64,000 bases of DNA from Azolla caroliniana (lineage: Eukaryota > Plantae > Polypodiophyta): the NCBI GenBank assembly GCA_043228905.1, contig JBHGNT010000001.1, forward strand, positions 19,344,001-19,408,000, written 5' to 3'. This document shows positions 49,911-63,453 of the stretch, one piece after another. The first letter of the stretch is position 1; each line of letters begins with the position of its first letter. Below the pieces are notes generated by a model. That model searched no databases. It saw only the letters and a program-made list of their open reading frames with translations, and was not told the origin of the DNA. A program made the translations under genes and the position numbers.

Positions 49911-52900
49911 TGATGAGTAATGCACACGGCATATCACTCGGCCACAACCGAGTACTAAATCACTTCTATAAGAATCAAACACAAAAATGGGAAGTGGAGA
50001 GGACACAAGAAAATGACACCGGATGTTTACGAGGAAAAAACCTAATAGGGAAAAAACCACGGGAGCCCACAGACTCCGAACTATCACTATGAAAAGAAGG
50101 GGTACAATCAAAGACTTGGAGGCAACGACCTCGAGCTCTGTTTCTTCGCACAATGGCAGTTACAACAGAGTATCGCTCTGTATCTCTCCCTCTCCCTCTC
50201 ACTCTCTGTACAACAATTACAACAATATGACAACAACGCCAATAGTGATTGCCCTAAGACATATTTATAGTTATATGAACTTAGGGCTATTTACAAATAT
50301 AGCCTCAATGGGCTTATTCAAGACATATTTACAAATCTGTCTTCTCTTCCGGTTCTCACCGGGTCTACCGATCCGGTTTCCGGATCTCTTCCGGTTCTAA
50401 CTGGGTCCTCTTTATTCATCACCGAATCCCATGAGACCAATTTCCCAACAATCTCCCCCTTCACTCCAGTATAGGATGTCTTGTAAGTCTGATCCGCTTC
50501 CGGCATGCATCCAGCTTGTCGAGTGTCAGCACCTTGGTCAGCATATCCGACTCGTTCTCCTCCATGTGGATCTTCGTCAGCACAAACTCCCGATCTTCAA
50601 CTCACTCCCGGATCCAGTGGTACTTGCGTTGGATGTGCTTCGTTCTGGAGTGGTATGCGGCGTTCTTTGCAAGTTGGATCGCACTTTGGCTGTCGGAGTA
50701 GAGCCGGTATTCCTCTTGCTGGATTCCTAGCTCTCTAATGAAGTCCTTCATTCATAATATTTCCTTGCCGGCTTCCACGGTTGCCATGTACTCGGCCTCC
50801 GTGGTTGACAACGCAACCGTCTTCTATAGCCTTGACTACCACGAAACGGCTCCCCCTGCATAGGTCATGACATATCCGGAAGTTGACCGGCTGGTGTCCA
50901 CATCAGCCGACACATCAGCCGACATATCCGAATCGGTAAAACCTTCCATGAGGGGTTTACCGGAGCCGAATCGAAGGCACATACTCGAAGTGCCCTTCAA
51001 GTACCAGAGTATCCATTTTACCGCGTTCCAATGCTCTTTGCCGGGATTGCTCATGAACCGGCTCACCACTCCGATTGCATATCTGATATCCGGCCGGGTA
51101 CATACCATTGCGTACATCAAGCTCCCGACCGCAGAGGAATATGGAATCTTCATCATATCCGCCTTCTCTGTCTTTGTCTTCAGGCTTTGCTTACCGGATA
51201 ATCTGCAGTTTGCCGAGAGTGTCAATTCGACCGGTTCTGCTTCTAGCATGTTAAACCGCTAAAGCACCTTTGTCACATACTTTTCCTGTGATAGCCACAA
51301 TTGCTTCTTCGACCAGTCCCGGATGATGTGCATCCCCAGTATCTGTCTTGGCGGACCCAAGTTTTTCATTGCGAAGGTCCGGTTAAGGGACTTCTTCAGC
51401 ATCCGTATCTTGACTTGGTCTCGTCCGACAATCAACATGTTGTCCACGTACAGGAGCAATATCAGGAAATCTCCTCCATCAAATTTCTTCACAAACACAC
51501 AGTGATCGGCATGCTTCTTGTGGTACCCTTGATCGGTCATGAAGGAGTCAAAATTCTGGTACCATTGCCGAGGGAGCTTGCTTTAGTCCGTATAAGCTCT
51601 TCTTCAGCCGGCACACCATGTGCTCCTTCCCTTTCTTCTCAAATCCTTCTGGTTGATGCATGTAGATCTCTTCTTCGAGGTCTCCATGTAGGAATGTTGT
51701 CTTGATGTCCAGTTGCTCTACCTTGAGGTCCATGCTTACCGCTATGCCCAATACCGTCCGGATGGATATCATCTTTACTACCGAGGCGAAGATCTCATCG
51801 AAATCCACTCCTTTCTTCTGCTAGAAGCCCTTCACCATGATTCGGCCCTTATACCTTGGTGGATATCCGGCGTCTCCTGGTTTCAACTTGTACACCCACT
51901 TGTTTCGGAGTACCCTCCTTCCTTTCGGCAACTCCACCAATTCGTATGTGTGGTTCTCATGTAGGGAATCCATCTCGTCTTGCATGGCACTCAACCACTT
52001 GCGGTTGTGGGTGTCCCCCCTTGCTTCTTCAAAGCTTTCCGGCTCCCCCTCATCGGTTAGCAACACATGCTCTGCATCCAGAAATCTTCGGGGGACTCTT
52101 CTCTCCCAGAGAGGATATCTCCGTCCTTGGTTTTTGATTGCCGGTTCCTCTGTCTGTTCCGAATCCGAATCCGATTTAGGATCTTGTCCGGTTCCAGTGT
52201 CTTCTTCTTCTTCTTCTTCCTTGGTCAGTTCGGTTTCTTGTCCGAATCCGATCGGTTTGTTGAGTGTCATACGGTTGTCGGCTAACATCCGGTTTTCAAC
52301 CGGGTATATCCTTTTGTCCTCAAACCGGTTTTCAATGGATGATCCGGAGTTCGTTACCTTCTTCTCCGACTACCAATCGACAATGGTCCTATCTTCCATG
52401 AAGACTGTGTCCTGACTCCGGAACACCTTTCTGTCAACCAGAACCCACACTTGGTAACCGAACTCATCATCACCTTATCCAAGGAATATGCATGGCTAGG
52501 ACTTGGGATCCAGCTTTTCTCTCTTGTGCTTTGCCACATGCATGTATGCGACACACCCAAGCACCTTCAGATGCCAGTAAGACACATCCTTACTGGTCCA
52601 TGCTTTCTAAGGTGAGTCTCCTCCCAAGGGTACTGAGGGTGATCTGTTTATCACATAGGTCGTCGTCGTCAGCGCCTCAGCCCAAAACGTCTTGGGTAAC
52701 TTGGCATGTGCAAGCATGCTCCGAACTCTCTCCATTATGGTCTAGTTCATCCTTTCGGCCAACCCGTTTAGTTCCAGCGTCTTCGGCACAGTAAACTCGA
52801 GTGGAATTCCCTTCGACCGACAATACTCCTCGAACTGCCCTCGGTATTCTCCTCCGTTATCTGCTCGAACCACCTTCAGCTTCCGACCAGTTTCTCTTTC

Positions 52901-54850
52901 CACTCTCTCATGGAGCTCCTTGAAGACAGATAACACTTGGTCCTTCGTCTTCAATGGTGAGGCCCACAGCTTCTGGCTGTGGTCGTCTATGAACGTCACA
53001 AAGTACTGCGATCCAACATGTGATTTCGTGTCGACTTGACACACATCGGTATGCACCAGCTCCAGTGGTGCATTCCGTCTCATCAATGGTCTTGACCGGA
53101 AGGAGGTGCGGTTTTGCTTGCCGACTAGGCAGTCAGTGCACTTCTCAAGTTTCACGTCCTTCACCAGAATGAGGTTGTCTTCGGCAAGCCTCTTCATCCC
53201 CTTCTCACTCATGTGGCACAATCTTTTGTGCCACAACTCACCGGCAGTGTTGGATGCTACATTCACTACTTCCCGGCATATCCGGGCATTCATCAAGTAC
53301 ATTGTGTTGACCTTGCGGGCTCAAGCCACTATTAAGCTCTCTTTGCAGAACTTCATGAAACCGTTCCGGATGCTACTTGTGTAACCTTCATCATCTAGCC
53401 GACCAGCTCATATCAGGTTCAGTCGAACCTCCGAAACATGTCAGACATCCTTCAGCAACAACTTCCATCTGGTTGATGTCGTCAACAACACATCTCTTAT
53501 GCCAATAATTCGGCATGTCCCTTCATTCCCCATCCGGACATAGCTCTGCTCGCCGGTTGTGTAGGATGAGAAGCATTTCCGGTTCGGGGTAAGGTGGAAC
53601 GACGCTGCGGAATCGACAACCCACGTTGTCTCGTCGACGACAAGGTTCAACTCGCTCTCCTCCCTGATGAGCATTAGTTCTTCTTCACTTGCTCCGATCA
53701 CCATTGTTCCCTTCTGGTCCGGGCCTCACTGATCCGAACCGTTTCGGTCTGGTGACTTCTTCGAATTGGCGTTGTCGGTTCCCTTGTCTTTCCAGAAATG
53801 CCGACAGTTCTTCTGGAAGTGGCCCAGCTTGCCGCAATAGAAGCAAGTGGGCCTCCCCCTTGACTTTGACCGTGTCCTTGACTTTTCCCGGTTCTAGGGA
53901 CTCCGATTCCTTTGTCTTCCGCGTTCCGATTCGGTAAGGAGGGCTTTGGCATCGGAGATCACCTCCTTGTCTTTCCGATGCGCCTCCTCATTTAGCAGGC
54001 TCGACTTGACCCTTGCTAGGGATAGTTGTTTTCCTTTCGGCCCGGCGTTGCCCAACGTGACAACTAACGTCTCCCAGATATCTGGGAGGGAACCGAGAAG
54101 GAGTCGAGCAAGTACCTCATTGGCGAGATTACTTCCAATGAGGTTGCTTCATGTGCTCCGCCATACTGAAGCCGTCTTGGTACCGGAGCCTCACTAGCTT
54201 CCAGAATACTGAAACCCGATTAACAACATTTTTGTTTTGAAACATAATGCCGATCTTCTCCCAGAGTTCATGAGCCTTGCTCTCTTCATTGAAGTTGTTG
54301 TACAAGCTCATGTCGATGAAGCACCGGATGACATGCCGTCGTCTTCATGTGCATCACCTCCCACATCCATCGTGGCGTCGATCTTATCCGGTCTCTTGTC
54401 CCCGAACTGAACCGGCAACCAAATATCTTTAACCACTAGCATGTCCCTCATCTTTGACTTCCACACTGAGTAGTTGGAGATGGTGAGCTTGAACATGCCG
54501 CCGAAAGATTCTTCCATTTTCTGTATTGTTTGCTCTGATACCACTTTGATGAGTAATGCACACGGAATATCACGTGGCCACAACCAAGTAGTAAATCACT
54601 TCTATAAGAATCAAACACAGAAATGGGAAGTGGAGAGTACACAAGAAAATGACAACAGATGTTTACGAGGAAAAACCCTAATAGGGAAAAAACCATGGGA
54701 GCCCACAGACTTCGAACTATCACCATGAAGAGAAGGGGTACAATCAGAGACTTGGAGGCAACGACCTCAAGCTCTGTTTCTTCGCACAGTGGTGGTTACA
54801 AAAGAGTATCACTCTGGATCCCTCCCTCTCCCTCTCCCTCTCTCTTTACA
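49911..54850 (-). mobile_element. Copia K (family of A), decayed, 5' LTR truncated
   Basis: LTRs 49911-50450 and 54547-~54850; PBS tggtatcagagc 54532-54543; gag-pol fragments collinear with A. Confidence 0.9.
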
Positions 54851-55122
54851 TATGCTAGTACAAAACGGGGTGCACTTGTGCACACCCACGTTCACACCCA
54901 TTTGGCTATGTTTCCCCTTATGGCCTAAAATCTTCATGACAACGTACCAGGCTAGATTCGTAGGACTCTAACGGCCTACCGATTACAATCTGGTCCGTCT
55001 TTCCGATCTGGCTCCTAGTTCCAGATACCGATCCTGACACTGATCTGGGTCTTCGTTCCGGACACCGATCCGGCGTTGGCTTATTCAGCCGATCCAAATC
55101 CGGTTGAGCTTGTCCGCTCAAC
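54851..55122. mobile_element. Stacked LTR-end fragments
   Basis: ...cttcatgaca at 54941 (D/E-type end) and ...gtccgctcaaca at 55122 (copia F/I-type end). Confidence 0.55.
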
Positions 55123-57010
55123 ATGAGATATGTTGCTTTAGAACATAATTTTCAATGAAAGAGAAAGCATCTACCTCTTGTTCCAATTCAGTCTGCATCT
55201 GGAATGTTGGAGATGCCTTCTTAGATGCCTGTACAGGTTTTGGTCCAGCCCTTTGTATGTCCAAATTTTTCTTTTCAGATAGTGGACGAAAATCAGCCCT
55301 CTTCAAAACTCATTCACGATCCAATTCTTCTGGTCTTCTCCTCTTCTCCTCTACCATGATATCCTAATTTGTGGGAATGGTTGGATCACTCAAGCCAGTC
55401 CTTAGACAACCATTTTCAATACGAACAATCTGAATAGTTGGATCTTGCTTTGGCATTCCCATTAGTCAAACAACAATCGAAGTAAAATGGAAAATTTCTT
55501 GTGCATGTCGAAGTTGTTCTTCCTCCAAGAGCTTTTTCATTCCTCCTCGCCTAAAATTTTTCTTCAGTGGTTGACGAGTCACAGATGAGTGGATCAACTG
55601 ATCCTTGTAGAATATCAGTTTCTTCTCCATAATCACCTGATGGTTCACACACTCCAATCTTTGATGCTCCAAACTGTCACACCATAAGCATTTTCAATCC
55701 CTAATCAAAAGATTTTGTTGCGCTTGTGGCTGATGTTGCACCTTCAAGATGGAAGAAATCTTCCACTCCATGAATTGCTTCACCAGCTCATCTACGTAAC
55801 TTTGTTGTGTTTTCTCCATAGATTCCTTGATCCCTGTTCCTGTCCTCAAAGAGGAGGTCAGAGTAACATTTCCAGGTCCCTTTGAGCACAACCATGTCCG
55901 TCTATTCTCATATTGAAGGCATATGGGCTGAATTCGGCTACAATCCTCCTCTAAAGCTATTATAGATTCACCTGATTCCATAAGTTTCCCTAGCTCTACC
56001 CTATCCACATAGGGAACCGAGCGAAGGAAGAGAACCACCTTCTCCGGTTCAAGCAAAGTTTGCTTCTGAACTGAGAGTTGTCGGAAATTTTCTTCAAAAT
56101 CAGTAAGGGTCTCTAGAACTGACCTATGCTTGTTCTATGACTCCACGCAAGCTTCAAATGCCCATCGGGTCACCTTCATGGAATCAACGTAATTGAAAAC
56201 ACCAAGTAGATCATGACAGAATGCCTCCCAATCAACATCTTACATCTGAAGCTCTTCTAGGATAGGAAGAACATCAACACCTACCACACAATGAAAGCTG
56301 GATTTCTTCAAATTAGCAGAAATATTGAGATGTAACATCTCCGCATCGAACACATGCAAAAATCGGGTCACATCCTTTCCAATGAATGGACCTAACTTCT
56401 CTAATACCCTGTCCACAGCTCGATCCAGGTAGGGACTCATCTCCCTCCCTGTGAGAACAACCTCTAAAATTGATTGAAGTTGTGTTGCATCCATGTTTAA
56501 AAGAGGTAAAATCCCAAAGAACTCGCTCTCCCTGCAGCCCGTTTCACGTCGGGTTTACCACATGTCGCGTCAAAGAAATTGGCATGTCCACGCAGAACTA
56601 CTGGGTTCTGAACCAAGAGAGTGAAAATAAGAAGAAGGAAGGGAAGAGTGGGACGTCGAGCCGAAAGTATCCCAATAGCCACGAGTAGCATGCAGTCCTA
56701 CCCGTGAAGATAAAAACCCTTATATCATTCCACTGATATAACCGAATTAAGCTTGCAGGCATAAATTAGAAAGCTTTCAGAAAGAGCTTTCCAACGATCG
56801 ATAGAATGTCGAAAACGGACATTAGAATTGAGAGTTATGAAGAAAATACCATACAGAGCCACTCCTCAAACATATAAGAAGAAAGAATACCAAAATAGAA
56901 AATCTCCATTTCCTCGAGAGAAAATCCTTTACAAAATAGGATTCTTTGATTTTCCCCTCTCCCCTTCCCCTCATGAAAATAATTCTCCCCTCTTACACTA
57001 AATTGATGCT
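55123..57010 (-). mobile_element. Diverged tRNA-Trp gypsy: LTR part, PBS and decayed gag
   Basis: PBS ttcacgtcgggtttacca 56543-56560; LTR end tgtcgcgt 56563; LDRAVDRVLEKLGPFIGKDVTRFL and KVVLFLRSV gag motifs. Confidence 0.75.
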
Positions 57011-57015
57011 TTTAC

Positions 57016-57245
57016 ATGTGGGTCATGAGGTTCCCCCTTTGGAGTTTCCACCCTCCTAATGAGAAACCGACACGGATGTCGTCTTCGTCCGATTTTCTAA
57101 CCGAGATCAATGGTCTTGAGAGCTCCAGTACATGTCGAACATTGTGTAGTACAAGAGTAGAACCACCTGGAAGGTTAAGCTCTACTGTGTCGATGCCGAT
57201 TATCGCACAATGTTGCGAGTTTCTTATTATTCATGAGCCGGACTA
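57016..57245 (-). pseudogene. Isolated copia H-family protease-region fragment
   Basis: Reverse-complement match to ~33800-34030 (NSQHC.IIGI.TVELNL.GGSTLVLHNVRHV). Confidence 0.8.
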
Positions 57246-60200
57246 GCCACTAACATAGGGTGTCCTTTCATATTACTTCACCAAAGGGTGGTTACGGGGT
57301 TTATGCTTTCGTAGAATTATAATTATATCCGACTATTTCCGGGTCGGTTCTGGATTAATAACATACATAGATTGTTTCCATACGTAAGATAGAACCATAA
57401 GCACAGAACGGAAGGTACACAATACTATCAAAGACAATTATACTTATATTCATTTCCGCTCTCTTAATACATCGTTCTTCGGATCCTTTTATAGGAATCT
57501 GGTTTTGATTACAAAACGGTGCCATACCGACAACCGGCTATGGATCGGTCCAGATCCAGATCGTTGCAACTCTCCCGGATCTGTCCATTCCTATTTTAAT
57601 TCTAGCTAATTAATAACTAATATGTTCCGCTTCCGACTCGTCCCCCACTTCTCTTTCATACTCCGGCCTCCGGCCAACAGATGGCACACCCGTGGACAGT
57701 ACGTTGTACGTCGAACCCATGGTTAGCCCCTTCAATCCTCGAAGAGTATGTCCAATATGCTCTGGTCCAGGGGTACGAGTGGGTCCTCGTTCTGTTGTTG
57801 CTCTTCTTGTTTTTGCTTTTCGGCTTCTTTTGGTTGAGGTATCTCCGTTCTTGCGTCGGTTTTAGCATCTACGCCCTTTCCGGTTCCTGCCTGTTGCTCC
57901 GACCCAGTTGCTTTGTCCTAGTCCACACCGACTTCCCTTGGCTGTTCCCTGCTAGCTTTTGGTGGATACTCTTCCTCCTGCGGTGGCGGTTCTGCAGTAT
58001 GCTCCTCATCACCGATAGTTATTGCTGCTGCTCGTTTTTCCGCTTCCAGCAGCCATCGCTCCCATTCATATCGTTCGAACTATAGTTGCGTTCCGAGCTG
58101 ATCATCCTCAAGCCTTTCAATCATCCTCCGGACAACTTCAAGGTGGGATTCTACCAAGGAGACAAAGTTCTCCGAAAATTCCTTACGGATGCTGATTATA
58201 CTTTCTTTGTCCATCTTGTAGAAATTGTCCCCGGTTTTTTTCCGGTTCTTCGCATCTGCACAAAGCACCTGTAATTCCGTTCATTGCTTTGACCATTGCG
58301 TCCACACAATCATCGAGTAGTCCGCGACGTTTGCCTTTGTCCGGTCTTTCCATGTCGTGACCATCATCCGTATTCGTTCCGCCGCAACCTTGATACTATC
58401 CTTGGCAACCTTCTTTTTGTCCTTCATTTTCTTAAAGAGGGCCACGGTATCCTGAACTTGCACTTCATAGTTCAGCAGTTGGGTCTCGTAAGTGGTTTGG
58501 ACCTTATCCAAAGCCAGTTTTGCTTGTTCAGTTTCTTCATAGTGCTTCTGGTTCATCTCCATTTTTTCTTTTGCCGCTTCTGCAAGTGCCTTTGTCGTAG
58601 CGACCACCTAAGTACGTTCATCCGGATCTTGGCCAGCTCCTCCTCCGTGATCTTGGCTAGTGTCAGGAGTAGTACTAAGACAGAGAATTACTATCAAGAA
58701 CAATACTAAGACAAAGAAGGAATTAGTACTAAAAGATGAGGATTAGTATTAAGGGAGGTGTAGAATTCTCGAGAGAACAAAAGAGTGAGTGAGAGAGAGA
58801 GAATAAGGATAACAGAAGATATATATTATGTTAAGGGAATATACAATAGTATCTAGGAGGTTTAAGACTAGCGTTGAGCCGATTTGGTTTGAAATAATGC
58901 CTTGTGCCTCCTTTTATAGTGTTCTCAGGAGTACTCCTGAAGTTTCTAGAATGTTCTAGATAAATCTGGAATATACATCAATTTTCAATAGTAAAACTCA
59001 AATGAAAATAATATTTTTCGTATTATAACATATAGTCTAATGGTTAAGAGCTTGAATCATGTAACATAAGGTCATGGGTTTGAGTCTTGCCATATCATGA
59101 CACTATTCCCCTTTTAAAATGACGAGTGTCCCGAGCCGTTTTGGATTGAGGACCCAGTTTGTCTGGATATTGACAATGGAAGTCTTCAAGAAGAGCACGA
59201 GCATTGGTCACATTCTCTATTGGTTCCCAAGTACGCTCGTTGGGACTATATCCTAGCCAATCGACTAAATAATAGAGCTTGTTGCGAACAATCTTAGAAT
59301 CAAGGATGGCGGCAACCTCGTACTCAGGGATGGTGTTGTCTTGATAGGGTTCAAGGAGAGAACTATGAAACACCGGATGTATCCGAAGTTGTGGAGGTAG
59401 ATTGAGACGAAAAGCGACATCATTAATTTTTCTGATAATACAAAAAGGACCTAATTGCCCGGTAATCCAACTTCTCGCATTGGTGAGTAGTCTTGATGTG
59501 TCGTCGTAGTAGCCACGCCCGATCTCCAATGTCAAAACTGGATGGAAGGTGATGACGATCCGCGTAAACCTTGTGTGTTTGTTGAGCTTGATGTAGATGA
59601 GTAGATAAATCCTCTTGTATCTTATGTGGCCACTCCAAACGATCCTCTACACAAGGATTTGTAGGTAACTCTAGGGTTTCAAATACACACCATCGGGGGT
59701 GACAACTCGTGTAAGCGTAAAATGGTGTCACCTTTTTCGATGACTGGACAGAGTTATTATACGCAAATTGGGCGAAGTGGAGAATATCCGCCCAGTCATC
59801 TTGATGATAGCTTAAAAAGCACTGAAGATACTGCTCCATCGTTTGATTTGTTCGTTCTGCTTGGCCGTGTGTTTGCGAGTGAGCGGTAGCCGGAGGAGAG
59901 GTTACAAGTGAGCTTAAGCATTTTAAAGAGGTGCTTCCAGAACTTCGAGACGAACTGGGGTCCACGGTCGCTGATGATACTATTGGGAAGGCCATGATGC
60001 CGACATACTTCACACATGACAATTTTGGCAATTTCTTCATTGGAGATTTCCTTAGTACATGGCAAGAAATGGGCCATCTTTGTATATCAATCTACTATTG
60101 TTAAGATCGCATTGAATCCCTTCGAGACCGGAAGATCTGTGATGAAATCTAGGGCAATGGATTGCCATGGCTTGTTTGGAATTGGTAATGGTTCTAATAA

Positions 60201-63007
60201 ACCATATGGATGATGCCTTGGCATTTTTGCTCTGCAACATGTATCACAAGTCCAAACAAAATATTCGACAAATTGTCGCATATGGGACCACGAGAATGAT
60301 CGTTGTTCTAAATCTAGTGTTTTAGTACTACCAAAATGCCCAGTTGTATATGTGTCATGACAATTTTAGACTACTTGAAGGCGACAAGTACCATTAGGAA
60401 CATACAAGAGTTTCTTAAAGAATAGTAATCCATCATGACATTCGAATTGTCAATAGTCCATACCTGGTTGTTGCGACTGTGAACAAGAGCATATCGATAA
60501 CGTGGGAATCCAAGGGCATACTGAAGACCTGCATTGCTTGCAGTCGTGTCGGTCCCAAGATTGCTTGCTTTTCATTATCGAAAGCCAGCTCGCCAGGATG
60601 CGGTGCTAGATACGAAAGCCATGATAATGCATTATCAAAAATCCAATAGAACATCCAAAAAAACATCCAAGAGATCTCGGAATATATCATTTGGCATGTG
60701 CTGGAAGACAACTGGCGCATTAGTGAGGCCGAATGGTATGACCGTATACTCGAAGTGCCCATATCTAGTGTGAAATGTAGTCTTCCATTCATCTCCTGGT
60801 CGGATCCGTACGAGGTTATAAGCTCCTCGTAAGTCGATCTTTGTGAAGAACCTTGCACCATTGATCCGTTCTAAAAGACTTGAGATAAGGGGAAGTACAT
60901 ACATATTCTTGATGGTGACTTTAATCAACCCACGGTAATCTACGACGAGATGAAGTGATCCATCCTTTTTCTTGACAAAGAAAATGGGTGCGCCGGCCAG
61001 AGATTTCGAATGTCGAATGAAACCATCTGCCAAATTCTCCTCTATATAGGCTCGAAGGACTTCTAGCTCGGTTAGTGACAAATTGTAGATCGGTCCCCAT
61101 GGTGGCTCTTTTCCTGGTTGTAAATCGATGGGGCAATCATACGGTCGATGGTGAGAAAGTGTATTAGCTCGTACTTTATCGAACACATCAGCATAATGAT
61201 GATACTTCTTTGAAAGTTGAACGGTGGACTCCTCTTTATTGATACTAAAGGTGTTTACTGATATTGCGAAGAGAAACATTTCTTCCTTGCATCCTTCTTC
61301 ACGCAACTAACGTAACGAAATGGTTGCAATCTCATGAGTAGATCCTCCGGTTTGTCGACATTGTATTTCTCTTGTTCTCCAATCTATGGCTGGGTTATGT
61401 AATTTGAACCATGGTTATCCCAAAACAATGGGATATTCTGGGATACTAATTATATTAAATGATACTACACATGCTAAGTTATCTAGGACAATATTAACTT
61501 ACTCTGACTCTTCTATAATATTCCCGGAAGCAATGGGATGACCATCAATGCCTACTACAAAGACTGGACATGGGAGTTTCTTTAGGGATATCTGATGAGC
61601 TTGGGCAAAATTCCTATCCATGAAGCAAGAGTTGGCTCCGGAATCTAAGAGTGCTAAGACATGTACTATTGGAGTACTTTTAGTACTAACCATTATTTGA
61701 TCTAAGAACACATTGCTAACTTGCTTAGAGGAAATGGAACCACTAATGCGCTACATAGATCTAGGGCTATCCAACCAAACGACTCCTATTTTGCCTGGAC
61801 TTAATCATTTAACTCTTCTTCTAGATGACTAAGAATTTCAAATTTGTTTCAAAGGCTTGGGCTATTAGGACTATCAGACACACCTAGAGGAATAGACTCG
61901 GGTTTAGTACTATTAGTACTAGCGGTTATTTGATGTACCTGCCTTTTCGGCCGATGGGGGGCAGTTCACTGCAATATGCCCCGGTCCACTGCAATAAAGA
62001 CATAATTGATTTGCCCTGCGTCATTGCTTTTCTTCTTCCGATAGTGGTTCGCGACCACGTGTGGTGTCGATTTCCATTGGAATCGGAGTATTTGTTGGAG
62101 ACATATTGAATGACTCCCTTGGGAAAGGCTTTGCTACGATTGAAGCGTAGGTGGGCTCCGATCTTGTTCGTGGCATTTGGAACTGACGTTCCAAACGTCA
62201 TTCGAAGAGGCGATTATCGCATCGCACCATACGACTGATTGCTTTTGTCAATGACATTGGCTCCTCGGGGAAAGTTAAGAGTAAATCTTTAACATCATTA
62301 CGTAGGCCAAAAGAAAATGGCTCCATTAGTGGCTGGTCATCCCAGGGAATATCGGTGGTGAGAAGACAAAAATCCGCAGCATCAGCCGAGGCCGGCTGCT
62401 CACCTTGGCGCAATCTTCGGATTTTGTTGATTGTTGTATCTCCAAAACAGGCTTTAAACTCGGTAATAAACTCTTCGAAATTATTTAACAAGGGAGAGCT
62501 TTTTTCTAACAAGGGGGCAAACCATGCCAAAGCCGTGCCACTAAGTAGAGTGCCTACTAGTCCCACTCGTGATACATCGGTGGGATATTGAGAAGGATGC
62601 ATTTGAATGACTGATCGTACCTCATTAAGGAATCCTCTAAATTGCGATCGCGTTCCATCGAATTTCATGGGAAGGCCGATCTTGGGTTCTTTATGAATCC
62701 CTTGCATACTGGGTCCTTGTTGCATCGCTTCTAAGGTTGCTTCGAGTTCTTGCACACGTACCACTAGTTCCCCATGTTGTTGTTGAGTCTGCTGCTTTTC
62801 TAAGGAGATTTGTTGAAGATCCCCCAACAACCATTGATTTTCTTGTTCTAAAGCAAGGAACTTCTCTTTCAAGCATTGCAGCTCTGAGAAAACGGATTGA
62901 TATTCTTGAGCGCTAACAGTGGCCATAGTATGAGAGTAAAGAGGAATAAGAGATTAGTATGAAGGAGGGATAAGTAAGAAGATAAAGGAAGAGAAGGAAG
63001 GAGAGAG

Positions 63008-63021
63008 AAATCGGTTCAAAC
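63008..63021 (-). promoter_or_regulatory. Non-tRNA PBS complementary to the element's own predicted 5' RNA end
   Basis: Sense GTTTGAACCGATTT can pair with LTR AAATCGGTT-AAAC (63234-63246), 33 nt after the start of TATAAAAG. Confidence 0.7.
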
Positions 63022-63390
63022 TGTCAGGAGAAGTACTGTCAGGAATAGTACTAAGATAGAGAATGAATTAGTACTAAAAGATGAGGATTAGTACTAAGGG
63101 AGGTGTAGAACTCTTGAGAGAAGTAAAGAGTGAGTGAGTGAGAGAGAGAGAGAAAGAGAGAGAATGAGGATAACAGAAGATATATATTATGTTAAGGGAA
63201 TATACAATAGTAGCTAGGAGGCTTAAGACTTGCGTTTAACCGATTTGGTTCGAAATAATGCCTTGTGCCTCCTTTTATAGTGTTCTCAGGAGTACTCCTG
63301 AAGTTTTTAGAATGTTCTAGACAAATCTGGAATATACATCAATTTTCTATAGTAAAACTTAAATTAAAATAATATCTTTCGTATTACAAC

Positions 63391-63453
63391 ATATAGTTTA
63401 ATGGTCAAGAGCTACCTGTATAACATAAGGTCATGGGTTCAAGTCTTGCCATA
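63391..63453 (+). other. tRNA-like Pol III A/B-box module inside chromovirus LTR (second copy ~59030-59094)
   Basis: TAGTTTAATGG at 63394 and GGTTCAAGTC at 63436, tRNA-like spacing; no acceptor stem. Confidence 0.55.

Noticed and set aside
63391-63453. Functional tRNA gene
   Set aside because: No acceptor stem or clean anticodon arm; kept only as a tRNA-like relic
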